In this document: piece after piece, positions 12,691-24,070 of the stretch
Position numbering within the stretch: the stretch's first letter is position 1
How the letters are laid out: every line of letters starts with the position of its first letter
NCBI RefSeq assembly: GCF_009914755.1
Contig: NC_060940.1
Length of the DNA stretch: 64,000 bases
Direction: 5' to 3' (one strand)
From: the human T2T-CHM13v2.0 reference genome, Homo sapiens
Notes under the pieces: generated by a model
Told to the model about the DNA's origin: nothing
The model's input: the letters and a program-made list of their open reading frames with translations, nothing else
Databases searched by the model: none
Translations under genes and position numbers: made by a program

Positions 12691-13899
12691 ACTTTCTCCT
12701 ACTTTATACTGTTGGATGATTTTTTTTAATGGATAGGATTTTGGTGGAAAAAACAGGGCTGGATGTCAATCTGAATTGAGAATCTCCAGCCCTGTGCCCT
12801 GCTGGAAGGATGGAATAAGCACATTCCAGCCTATCTGGGTATAAGCAACAGATATTCATTTTGAACATCAAAAAAGCTCACAGGCCACTATCTTGTGGGT
12901 CCTTTAATCCATCTGCCTCCAGAAATAGATATACTCTCACCTATACATGAACTCTATTTCTCTGAGAGGCAAATAAAAAAAAAAAGAAACCCTGCTGTAA
13001 AGAGGTGAACTGAAATTCTATAGATGACTCAGAGAGTAGCTTCTCTGGCTAAGGCCATACTTACCTACTTCTCAATTCGTTAAGAAAAAATAAATAAAAG
13101 ACCAAACAAAACAGCCATCTCATTTATGAATTAAACTGAAAATAAATTTGCATTTTATTGATACAAAAGTACAAACTATACTGTTTTTCATTTTTAAAAA
13201 AGTTATATCTAGTTTATATCTCTTTTCTTTCCTTTTGGTGTTGCTAATTCAATTTGGACAGATGGCTAAGATTCTACCTTCTTGAAAGACCCCAAATTTA
13301 ATAATGTAACTGGTTCATTTAAAGTAAAATGTTCCGAAATTAGTCCACATTCTGTTTCCTTCTTAAACAGAATATACTGTATGCATATAACTACCTCTCA
13401 ATGGTCACCTGCTGGCCTATAACAGAAAATTCTTCTTAGAGGCTTCTGGGATGTGATTCTATAACAAATAGTCCCAGACTGCTATGCATTTTGAAGTCCT
13501 AAATATGTCCTGTACATTCATTGCCCTCATTATGCACTTCCTAGCTGTCACTTGCACCTGCTATTAGTTGTCTGCTGGAGAGAACAGACTCCCCCTCTAT
13601 GACCTCTAGCTTTGGATCCGGCGTGGGTTTACACCCAGATAACCAAATTAATTAGAATGTGATGTAAAAGAGGAATCAATCAGGGTCCTTCTCTGTATAC
13701 TTCATCTGTACCTGCTGAAATCCAGTCACACCAGGCCTATCTCAAATGCAACCACCTTCAAGGGAGATTTCCCCATACCCTAGACTAGATGCATACTCTC
13801 CCTTCTCCCAAAACCCTGAATACTTTAAATCCTTGTTGTGATTCTTCTGACAAACTCCCTTGTAGAATGTGCACCTCCTTACTGCATCTTGCCTTCTGT

Positions 13900-14373
13900 G
13901 TGATTTAAACCCCTTGTATTCACACTCTTCTGTAAATCCCACCCTCAAGAGAAGACTGGACCTAGCAACTGGCTTCAACAGAAGATGCCAAAATGATGGC
14001 AGGTCATCTTCAGGAGGAGAATAGGTGACAAAAGGATCATCCTCTCTTGCTCTTTCTTGGAGTTCTTGCTCTGAGGGAATAAAGCTGCTTTGTCATGAGT
14101 AGCCCTCAGAAGAGGCCCACATGGCAGGAAACAGATGCATCCAACAACCACGTGGGTGAGCTTGGAAGTGAATTCTCCTCCAGTTGAGCCTTCGTGTGAG
14201 ACTGCAGCCCCAGCCTCCACTTGACAGCAGCCTTGTAAGAGACCTTGAGCTGGAAGCATCTGGCTGAGCCATGCCCAGATTCCTGACCCACAGCAATTAT
14301 GAGACAATAAACGTGTGCTGTTTTAAAATGCTAAGTTTAAAACAATCTGCTACAGTTATAGATAACTAATACA
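13900..14373 (+). mobile_element. MLT1F/G-type LTR
   Basis: gaggcccacatggcagga...gagactgcagcccc...gattcctgacccacag...ataactaataca. Confidence 0.75.
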
Positions 14374-14479
14374 ATCCCACAAGAGCTAAAATAGCATACT
14401 TACCATCTTTATATCCCTTGCAGCACCTAGTCCAGACCCTTTCACATAAAAGAATTTAACAAATGTTTACTGAATTAAG

Positions 14480-15240
14480 AGAATGCCAGTCTTTATCCCC
14501 AAGAAGTTTACAGTCTAATGGAGGAGGGGGGGGATATCAGACATTTAACAAGTCACCCCACAAATACATGTAGACTAACAACTGTGATAAGACTTGTGCA
14601 AGTGATGGGTGAACTGAGACCTGAAGGAAGAGCAAGAGTGAGTGAAGCAAGGAGGAAGAAAGGCCCGTTCCAGTCAGAGCACATATAAAGGCCCCGGGGC
14701 AGGTGTAAGCATGAAAGCAAACCAGGTGACTGAGGTACAGGAGGACAGGTATGTGAGGTGGGCTGCACGATGAGGCGGGACTGCACCACGCTGAGGGTTC
14801 TGACTGTCAGCCAGGGTAATCAGGAGCCATCGACACATTTGGTTGGGGAGGGGTGTGTGTATAAAGGGTTGACTTGGCCACAGCTGCATTTCTGGAAGAT
14901 CATTCTGCCTGCCTTATGCAGAATGGATTACAGGGCAGGAAGCATGAAAGGAGGCAGACTTATGAGACGGCTAATTACAGCAGTCCAGACAAAATAGCCT
15001 AGTAGTGGACTGTAATGGTTATGGTGGAAATAGAAGTAAACATATGAAAGAGCTATTCAAGAATAAAGGTGAACCGGCCTTGAGACAGGTTTGCACATGG
15101 GGCCACGACAAGAGCGGTGTGAAAAGGGACTCCTGCATGTCTGCTGTGTTCCTGAGAGTAGTGGTAGGATTGTGGGCTGAGGCCAAGGGCACTGAAGGAA
15201 GACCTGGAGTCTTCTCCCAATGGGGAAGTGGATAAGCTTT
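14480..15240 (-). mobile_element. L2 fragment
   Basis: aagtttacagtctaatgggag...tgagacctgaagga...gatcattctgcctgcc. Confidence 0.65.
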
Positions 15241-15554
15241 CAATCAAGGAGACTGTGTCATCTGTTTCACTGACTCTTTCCTTAAGGGGCATTTCTGTTC
15301 ATCTCCTGGTTCTCTGCTGTATCCCAGACAGGAGAAATATTACAGCAAACCCACTAGCTTCAGAATCTACTTAATGCACACAGTAATGTATGAATTTCTG
15401 CCCATGAGGCCAATCCAACCAATGTTACACATACAACTAGAAAAAGCAACTTAATTATAACCATGAAAGTGGTCGCCTTCTGGTTCCTCCATTCACAAGC
15501 AAGGCAATGTCTGCTGGTGGACATTAAATGGCCTCTGCTTCCCATTAACAATGA

Positions 15555-15760
15555 TGGGAACATTTATTACATACCTCCTATATGCCAGGTACTTTGTGGG
15601 CTCCTGTGCATACATTATCTCTAATCTTGCCAGCAAAATACTGTAAAATTTCTATAAAGGAGGAAGCTCAGAGCAGCAAAGTAACTTCCCAAGGTAACAG
15701 CATGGTAAGTTGAAGGGAGGATTGGAAGCCAGGTCTGCTAGACTAAAACCTGTATTCCTC
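15555..15760 (-). mobile_element. MIR
   Basis: tatgccaggtact...gtaacttcccaaggtaacagc...gccaggtctg. Confidence 0.65.
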
Positions 15761-16804
15761 CTCTCACACAGCCTCTTCATTTCAGTAGGACCTTCATTAC
15801 GGGCTGCTTTACCCAGTCAGCTGGCTCACCCACATACTCAATCCCCTTCAGTTGTTGAGACAGCTGAAAATACCAGATCAATAACTTTGACTGTTTTCCT
15901 CCTGTTCTGTAACCAACTGACACTGATTAGGGCAGGAACCCCAATTAACCAAGCCCGCAGCTCAGGAGGTGAGAACCTGTGCACCTTAAATCAGACGAGC
16001 ACAACATGTTTTCCATGATGAGTGGGCAACAGTTACCACCCAGGGCTGCTCCACAGAGGGAATGAACTGGAGACTTCACATGTGTTCAATTTCTTGAAAG
16101 AAAATGCTGTGCCTTTTTAGAGCACGCTTTTAGAAAGTAGTGAAGTAGAAAGAATCTAGGAAAAACTGGTCTCTGCAGATGTCATGATGAGCTTAAAATA
16201 ATGAGGTTTCCAGGTGTATAAACATATGAAGAGCTGCTTTCGGGGTGGACTGCAGGCTCTGGGCTTCTTTGAATCCCACACAGAGGTCTACACAGCAGAG
16301 AACCCCAGGGATGCTTCTGTTACAGGCGGAGGATGGAGAGGCCCCCAAAACACCATGCTCAGAGAAGGGGCAGCACACAACCACTACCCCACAACCCCAA
16401 AGCTTTAGCCACAGTGCTTCCCTCACCATTTGTCAATCATTCCAGATGGCCGCACCCACAACCCCGTAAAAGAACCAGGGTCTATTTCAACCATAATAAT
16501 AATGCAATCACAAATTCAAGAGCACAGCACCTCCCTCCCCACCCCACTTCCTATGCCTCCCTGATGGTACGGGGTACACTGGACAATGCTAGGTCATTCT
16601 ATTATCCCGATGTGAGTGAGTGGCCATCCCTTGACTTCATCCTCCAAAACATACCCTTCTCATTAACCTCCCATTGCTATTATGAAAAAGAGAATACAGG
16701 ATATTGCAAGGACAGAAAAAGGGGTCTCGGAGTTAAATGTCTTCAGTGGGCCTGGCACTGGGATGAACAGAAGAGACAAAAGGGCGAGCAAGAACAGAAC
16801 CCCT

Positions 16805-16990
16805 GCCCTCCTGGCACCTACTTGGTTAAGCTGTGAGACCCTAGCCCAGTTGGGTTGTTTAAGCCTAAATTTTCTCATCTATACAATGTGGATCATAACA
16901 ATCCTACATCAGAAGGGAGGTGACGAAATGACATGAGATAAACAGCAAATACAAGGAACAAAGAGCCCCTGTTCAGTGGCTGTCATCACT
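16805..16990 (+). mobile_element. MIR
   Basis: gctgtgagaccctag...aagcctaaattttctcatctatacaatg. Confidence 0.6.
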
Positions 16991-17229
16991 GTTATCGCCA
17001 TTTACCACTCTACTGCCCTACCCCAGGCATCTTGTAGGAAAAGGCTGCTTCGTGGAGCATCTTCCCACCTTTGTGCCGTCAAGAATCTGTTCCCTTCTCC
17101 TGCCATGTACCCTGTATTTTGAATGATGTTGTCAATCTCACTGCATTAAGTATTCATTGTTTCCCTATTTTATTCATCTAAGACATAAGCATGATTAATA
17201 TTTAAAAAGTAATGTAGAAAAAGCAGTAA

Positions 17230-18270
17230 AACAGACTTTATCAAAATTTAAAAATTTGTTTGTCATAGGGCACTATCAAAAAAGTAAAACATCAACTCTC
17301 AGAATAGGAGAACATATTTTCAAGTCAAGTATCTGATAAGGCCTTACTATCTAGAGTAAATAAAGAATGCCTAAAAGTCAACCATAGAAAGAAAAGTGAC
17401 CTAATTTTAAAAATAGGCAAAGGATGTGAATAGAAAGAAGAGATAAATGACCAATGCACTCATGAAAAGATGCTCAACATGACTAGTCATCAGGGAAATG
17501 CAAACCAAAGCCACAATGAGATACCACCTCACATGCACTAGTATTGCTATAATAAAAAAGACAGACGTAACAAGTGTTATCGAGGATACAGAGAACCTAG
17601 AACCCTCACATACTACTGGTCAGAACGTAAAATGGGGGACCCACTGTGGAAAACAGTTTTTGCAGTTCCTCGAAAAATACGGTAAGCAATATGACCCAGC
17701 AATTCTAAGAATTGGAATAGACTCAAGAAAATCATATTAGAAATTAGAAATATATCCAAGAAACCTGAAAATATATGTTCACATAAAAACTTGTATATAA
17801 CATTTGTAGAAATATTATCCATAAAAATCAAAAGTAGAAACAAGCCAAAAGTCGAACAAATAGAAAAGGTGATAGATAAAATATAGTCTATTCATACAAT
17901 GGAATATTATTTAGCCATAAAAGGAATGAAGTATGGATACACACTAAAACATGGATGAAACATGAAAACATGCTAAGTGAAAAAAGCCAGACACAAAAGG
18001 CTACAAACTGCACGTTTCCATTGATACAAACTGTCCGGAATAGGCAAATCTACAGAGACAGAAAGTAGATGAGTGGTTTCCAGGGCATGGGAGAAAGGAG
18101 AATGAAGTTACTATTTCATGTGGGTGAGGTTTCTCCTTGGGGTGATGAAGATGTTCTGGAATTCAGTAGTGATGATGCTTGCACAATCTTGTGAATATAT
18201 TAAAAATCACTGAATTGTACATTTTAAAAGGGTGACATTTATGGTATGTGAAATCAATCTGTCTCAATTA
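17230..18270 (+). mobile_element. L1MB-type 3' end (end of ORF2 plus 3'UTR)
   Basis: ORF2 C-terminal remnant MQTKATMRYHLT; 3'UTR ggcaaatctacagagacagaaagtagat...gatgaagatgttctgga. Confidence 0.85.
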
Positions 18271-18384
18271 TATATACAATATGTAGTAACATATATATGT
18301 ATTATAAACTGAGTGAGATACATTAACTGAGTGAATTATATCTGCGGCCAACAAATATGACATGCTGATGACAACAAAGTTTAG

Positions 18385-18600
18385 CTGGAAAAGCCCAAGA
18401 TGTGATGTTTGGATTCTGGGTCTGCCCCTTGGCTAAGTCTGTGTCCACGATCAGTTCAGTGAGTCCCTCTCCCCATGGTCTTCATCCATAAGATGAGAGG
18501 GTATCATTACACGGTCATAAAGATCAAATGGGATAATGTATGTAAAATGATGAGCAAATTGCGCGCTGCAGTCAAGTTTTTATGCACGCTAGTTACCATC
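18385..18600 (+). mobile_element. MIR
   Basis: ggattctgggtctgcccc...ttcatccataagatgag...aaatgggataatgtatgtaaa. Confidence 0.55.
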
Positions 18601-18700
18601 CTCAGCTCCCTGATGGAAGGAAGGAGAAAGCCAATATTCCATTCTGAGTGAGAAGGAGCCACAGCCCAGCTTGCCCTTCCCTCTGGCCGCCACCCCTTAC

Positions 18701-18918
18701 CTCAGGTGTCAGGGCATTGTTATCCGAGGTCTGACTGGACAGCAGGATGTGCGTGAACCCTTCTTCCTTCCGCACAACGATGTCTCGAAACCGACAGTTG
18801 CTTTCATTCTGGCGGACACTGTATCTGAGCCTTTTGTCAAAGACGTAGTCCTTCTCCGCTTCCAGCTTCCTCTTCACTGGACTGTGCAGGTTCAATCCCC
18901 CGTTGGTCAGAGCAGAGC
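18701..18918 (-). CDS. CDYL2: CDYL2 internal coding exon (218 nt, probably exon 3): linker, basic NLS-like segment and start of the crotonase/enoyl-CoA hydratase-like domain
   Basis: Translates as (G)SALTNGGLNLHSPVKRKLEAEKDYVFDKRLRYSVRQNESNCRFRDIVVRKEEGFTHILLSSQTSDNNALTPE, which I recognise as CDY-family/CDYL2. Acceptor ttttggaag|GC at 18919/18918; donor GAG|gtaagg at 18701/18700. Ends in phase 0, matching the next exon. Confidence 0.96.
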
Positions 18919-19104
18919 CTTCCAAAACCAGATAAACAATGTAAGAAACTGAAATGGACCACGATCCTAGAAGGATGTGATCAGAGGACGTTGGGATTTC
19001 CAATGGAAAGGTTTGGATGTGCTGGGACACACCACCTTCTCCCCTGTGCCACCCTCTGTTCTAGGAAGAGGGAAGGTGAAGAGACAGGCTGAATTCCTGC
19101 ATCT

Positions 19105-19277
19105 CCAAATTCAGAAGGGGACCTAGAGGGCTCTTTGTGAAGGCCCTGTGCGGTCCTCTACTCTCTTCTCCCATATATCAGCTTCTGCTCAGATTCCTTG
19201 GCCACAGGGAATCCACTGACCACCCTGAGAGGCAGCCCTCTCCACTGGTGGATGCCTATGAATCATAGGAAATTATC
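19105..19277 (-). mobile_element. Probable L3/CR1 fragment
   Basis: cactgaccaccctgagaggcagccctctccactg...aggaaatt, typical of the CR1 3' end. Confidence 0.45.
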
Positions 19278-19845
19278 AATAAGAGCAAGACCAGCAGCTA
19301 ACCTTTAACCAACCCGTATTATGTGCTAAGCACCACCCTCAAATACATTCACGAGCATGACCTTATTTAATATGAGAACCAGAGATGGGGCTCTGGGACC
19401 CCCCTAGGGCTTCCTCAGGCGCTGCCTTGAGATGAGAGGGGTGAATACCAAGCAGGCAGTATCCTTAGGTCTCTCTCTTCCTCTCGCAAATCAATTACAA
19501 TGGCTTTGCATTTTTCTGTTTCACATATTAACATTCACAAATGGCCTGAAAGTGCCCTCCTGAAAAGGTTTGAAAACTAAAAACAGAATGATCCAGATGT
19601 ATAACGGTTCCCAGTCTCCAGCCTCACACAGGATACATCAGGAGCTCTGGGATGTGCTAAAGAAAGCAAGGCCAAGCCAACACCCCCAAACCTCCATCGG
19701 AAGCAGATATAGGAAGAGGCTCAAATGTGTATTTTGAAAACACTTCCCAAATACCTCCGTCCAAAAAAAAAAAAGGGAAAGAGAGAGGGAAGGAAGACAC
19801 AAACTACCAATATCAGAAATGAAAGAGGGGGCATCACTATTGATC

Positions 19846-20345
19846 TTATAAATCATGCTACTATAAAGACATATACACATATGTTTACTGCGGCACTATT
19901 CACAATAGCTCACACTTGGAAAGAACCCAAATGTCCATCAGTGATAGACTGGATTAAGAAAATGTGGCAAATATACACCATGGAATACTATGCAACCATA
20001 AAAAAGGATGAGTTCATGTCCTTTGCAGCGACATAGATGAAGGTGGGAACTATCATTCTGAGCAAACTATCGCAAGGACAGAAAACCAAACACCGCATGT
20101 TCTCACACATAGGTGGGAATTGAACAATGAGAACACTTGGACCCAGGGCGGGGAACATCACACACCAGGGCCTGTCGTGGGGTGGGGACATGGGTGAGAG
20201 ATAGTATTAGGAGAAATATGTAATGTAAATGAAGAGTTAATGGGTACAGCAAACCAACACGACACATGTATACATATGTAACCTGCACATTGTGCACATG
20301 TACCCTAGAACTTAAAGTATAATTTAAAAAATAAATAAAAATAAA
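19846..20345 (+). mobile_element. 5'-truncated L1PA 3' end
   Basis: WIKKMWQIYTMEYYA remnant, L1PA 3'UTR, gtaccctagaacttaaagtataat and A-tail. Confidence 0.9.
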
Positions 20346-20947
20346 AGGATAATAAAGAAATACTAAGAAAAACTGCTCTGCCCATGTATTTGATAACTTA
20401 GATGAAATTTCTTTAATCAAGACACAAACTTCCAAAATATACACAAGGAGAAATACATCATCTCATCTGAATAGGGCTATAAAAAAAAGAAATTGAAGGA
20501 ATTTCTACTAAAGAAATTGAATCAATAATTAATAAGCTAACAAAGAAAGCATCAAGCCCAAAGAATTATACCAAACATTTTTGGAACAAATAATACCAAT
20601 TCTCCAAAAGCTGTTCCAGAAAACAGGTTCAGAGGAACACTTCCTAATTCATTCCATGAGGCTTGAGTTGCCCTAATACCAAAGCCAGATAAAGACATTA
20701 CAAGAACACAGAATAGTAGACTGATATCTCTCATGAACACAGATGGAAAAATAATCTTCAGCAAAATATTAGCACATCAATGTATAAAGGGAATTATACG
20801 CCACAATCAGGTATAAGAAGCTGGTTCAATATTTGGAAACCAATCAATGTGATCCACCACATCAATAGGCTAAAAGAAGAAAAACCATATGATCATATCA
20901 ATTGATGTAGAAAAAGCATCTCACAAAATCCAATAGAAAGGGACTTC

Positions 20948-22925
20948 CTAGTCCAATTGTCTCTGTTTGCAGATGATGTGACTGTATATTTAGAAAACCC
21001 CATCATCTCAGCCCAAAATCTCCTTAAGCTCATAAACAACTTCAGCAAAGTCTCAGGATACAAAATCAACGTGCAAAAATCACAAGCATTCCTACACAAC
21101 AATAACAGACAGCCAGCCAAATCATGAGTGAACTACCATTCACAATTGCTACAAAGAGAATAAAATACTTAGGCATACAACTTACAAGGGATGTGAAGGA
21201 CCTATTCAAGAAGAACCACACACCACTGCTCAAGGAAATAAGAGAGGACACAAACAAATGGAAAAACATTCCATGCTCATGGAAAGGAAGAATCAATATC
21301 GTAAAAATGGCCCTACTGCTCAAAGTAATTTAAAGATTCAATGCTATCTCTATCAAGTTACCACTGAATTTCTTTACAGAATTAGAAAAAATTACTTTAA
21401 ATTTCATATGGAGCCAAAAAAGAGTCTGTATAGCCAAGGCAATCCTAAGCAAAAAGAACAAAGCTGGAGGCATCATGCTACCTGACTTCAAACTATACTA
21501 CAAAGCTACAGTAACCAAAACAGCATGGTACTGGTACCAAAACAGACATATAGACCAATGGAACAGAACAGAGGCCTCAGAAATAACACCACTCATCTAC
21601 AACAATCTGATCTTTGACAAATCTGACAAAAACAAGCAATGGGGAAAGGATTCCCTATTTAATAAACGGTGTTGGGAAAACCAGCTAGCCATATGCAGAA
21701 AACTGAAATTGGACCCCTTTCTTATGCCTTATAGAAAAATTAACTCAAGATGGATTAGACTTAAAAGTAACACCTAAAGCCTAACTCTAGAAGAAAACCT
21801 AGGCAATACCATTCAGGACATAGGCATGGGCAAAGAATTCATGATTAAAACACCAAAAGCAATGGTAAGAAAAGCCAAAATTGACAAATGGGATCTAATT
21901 AAACTAAAGAGCTTCTGTACAGCAAAAGAAACTATCACGAGAGTGAACAGGCAACCTACAGAATGGGAGAAAATTTTTGCTATCTATTCATCTGACAAAG
22001 GGCTAATATCCAGAATCTACAAGGAACTTAAACAAATTTACAAGAAAAAACCCAAACAACCCCATCAAAAAGTGGGCAAAGGATATGAACAGACATTTCT
22101 CAAGAAATGTATGCAGCCAACAAATACATGAAAAAAAGCTCATCATCACCGGTCATTACAGAAATGCAAATCAAAATCACAATGAGATGCCATCTCACGC
22201 CAGTTAGAATGGAGATCATTAAGAAGTCAGGAAACAACAGGTGCTGGAGAGGATGTGGAGAAATAGGAAGCTTTTACACTTTTGGTGGGAGTGTAAATTA
22301 CTTCAACCATTGTGGAAGACAGTGTGGCGATTCCTCAAGGATCTAGAACTAGAAATACCATTTAACCCAGCAATCCCATCCTGGGTATATACCCAAAGGA
22401 TTATAAATCATTCTACTATGAAGACACATGCACACGTATGTTTACTGCAGCACTGTTCACAATAGCAAAGACTTGGAACCAACCCCAACGCCCATCAACG
22501 ATAGACTGGATTAAGAAAATGTGGCACATATATACCATGGAATACTATGCAGCCATAAAAAAGGATGAGTTCATGTCCTTTGCAGAGACATGGATGAAGC
22601 TGGAAACCATCATTCTCAGCAAATGAACACATGAGCAGAACGCCAAGCACCGCATATTCTCACTCATAAGTGAGAGTTGAACAATGAGAACACATGGATA
22701 CAGGGAGAGGAACATCACACACCGGGGCTTGTCTGGGGGTGGAGTGTTAGGGGAGGAATAGCATTAGAAGAAATACCTAATATAGATGACAGGTTGATAG
22801 GTGCAGCAAACCACCATGGCACGTGTATACTTATGTAACAAACCTGCACGTTCTGTATATGTATACATTTAAAAAAAAATCTTTTAGTTCCTAAAAAGCA
22901 CAAACTTAAAAAAAAAGGGGGAAAC
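20948..22925 (+). mobile_element. 5'-truncated L1PA (older primate subfamily, ~L1PA8-like)
   Basis: Broken ORF2 from the RT motif (tttgcagatgat) to the 3'UTR; 12-bp TSD gaaagggacttc at 20936-20947 and 22926-22937. Confidence 0.9.
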
Positions 22926-23360
22926 GAAAGGGACTTCTTCAATTTGGCAAAGAACATCTACAAAATACCTACAGATAATGTCTTACTTAGCGGTGAGAAA
23001 TGGATGCTTTGCCCTTAAGATCTGAAATAAGAAAAAGATGTTCTCTCTCTTTTTCAATATCACACTGAGAGTCCTAGCGATTGCAAAAACATTTTTAAGG
23101 GAAATAAAAGTATATAAAGTTTGGGAAGAAATAAATAAAACGATTTTTGTCCACAGATGACAAGACTTGTCTACATAGAAAGTACGAAAGAACTGGATTA
23201 ACGAAAAAAGAAAAAAAGAAAAACAATTACTCCTGAACTAATAAGCAAATACTGTAAGGTCACAGAATACAAGGTTAACAGACAAAAGTCAGTTACTTTT
23301 GCACATACCAGCAATGAGCAACTGGAACTTGATGTTTTTTAAAAAAATACTGTTTTAATA

Positions 23361-23600
23361 TTCAATAGTACAATGGAGAGATTATACTTAACAATAATTT
23401 ATTGTATATTTCAAAGTAGCTAGAACAGAAGAATTGGAATGTTCCCAAAACAAACACAAGACAAATGTTTGAGGTGATGGATATCTCAATTACCCTGATT
23501 ACCCTGATTTGATCATTACACATCCTATGCGGGTATCTAAGCATCACACGTATTCCAAAAATATGTACAACTATTATACGTAAATGTTAAAACTTTAAAA
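23361..23600 (+). mobile_element. Short L1MA 3' end
   Basis: aataatttattgtatatttcaaagtagctag...gaggtgatggatatc; TSD aaaaatactgttt / aaaaatattgttt. Confidence 0.8.
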
Positions 23601-23716
23601 AATATTGTTTATGACAGCATCCAAAACAGGAAATACGTAGATATAAATCTAACAAAATATGTATAAGAGCCATATGTGAAAAATTGTAAAATTCTGATGA
23701 AACAAAGAAAATCTAA

Positions 23717-24070
<354 letters not shown>

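Noticed and set aside
16333-16836. 167-aa plus-strand ORF antisense to CDYL2
   Set aside because: No recognisable domain, no evident exon structure, and it ends in a MIR; consistent with chance.
18602-19030. 142-aa ORF as a stand-alone gene (likewise ORF 6441-6797)
   Set aside because: Only the splice-bounded parts are CDYL2; the extensions are intronic read-through.
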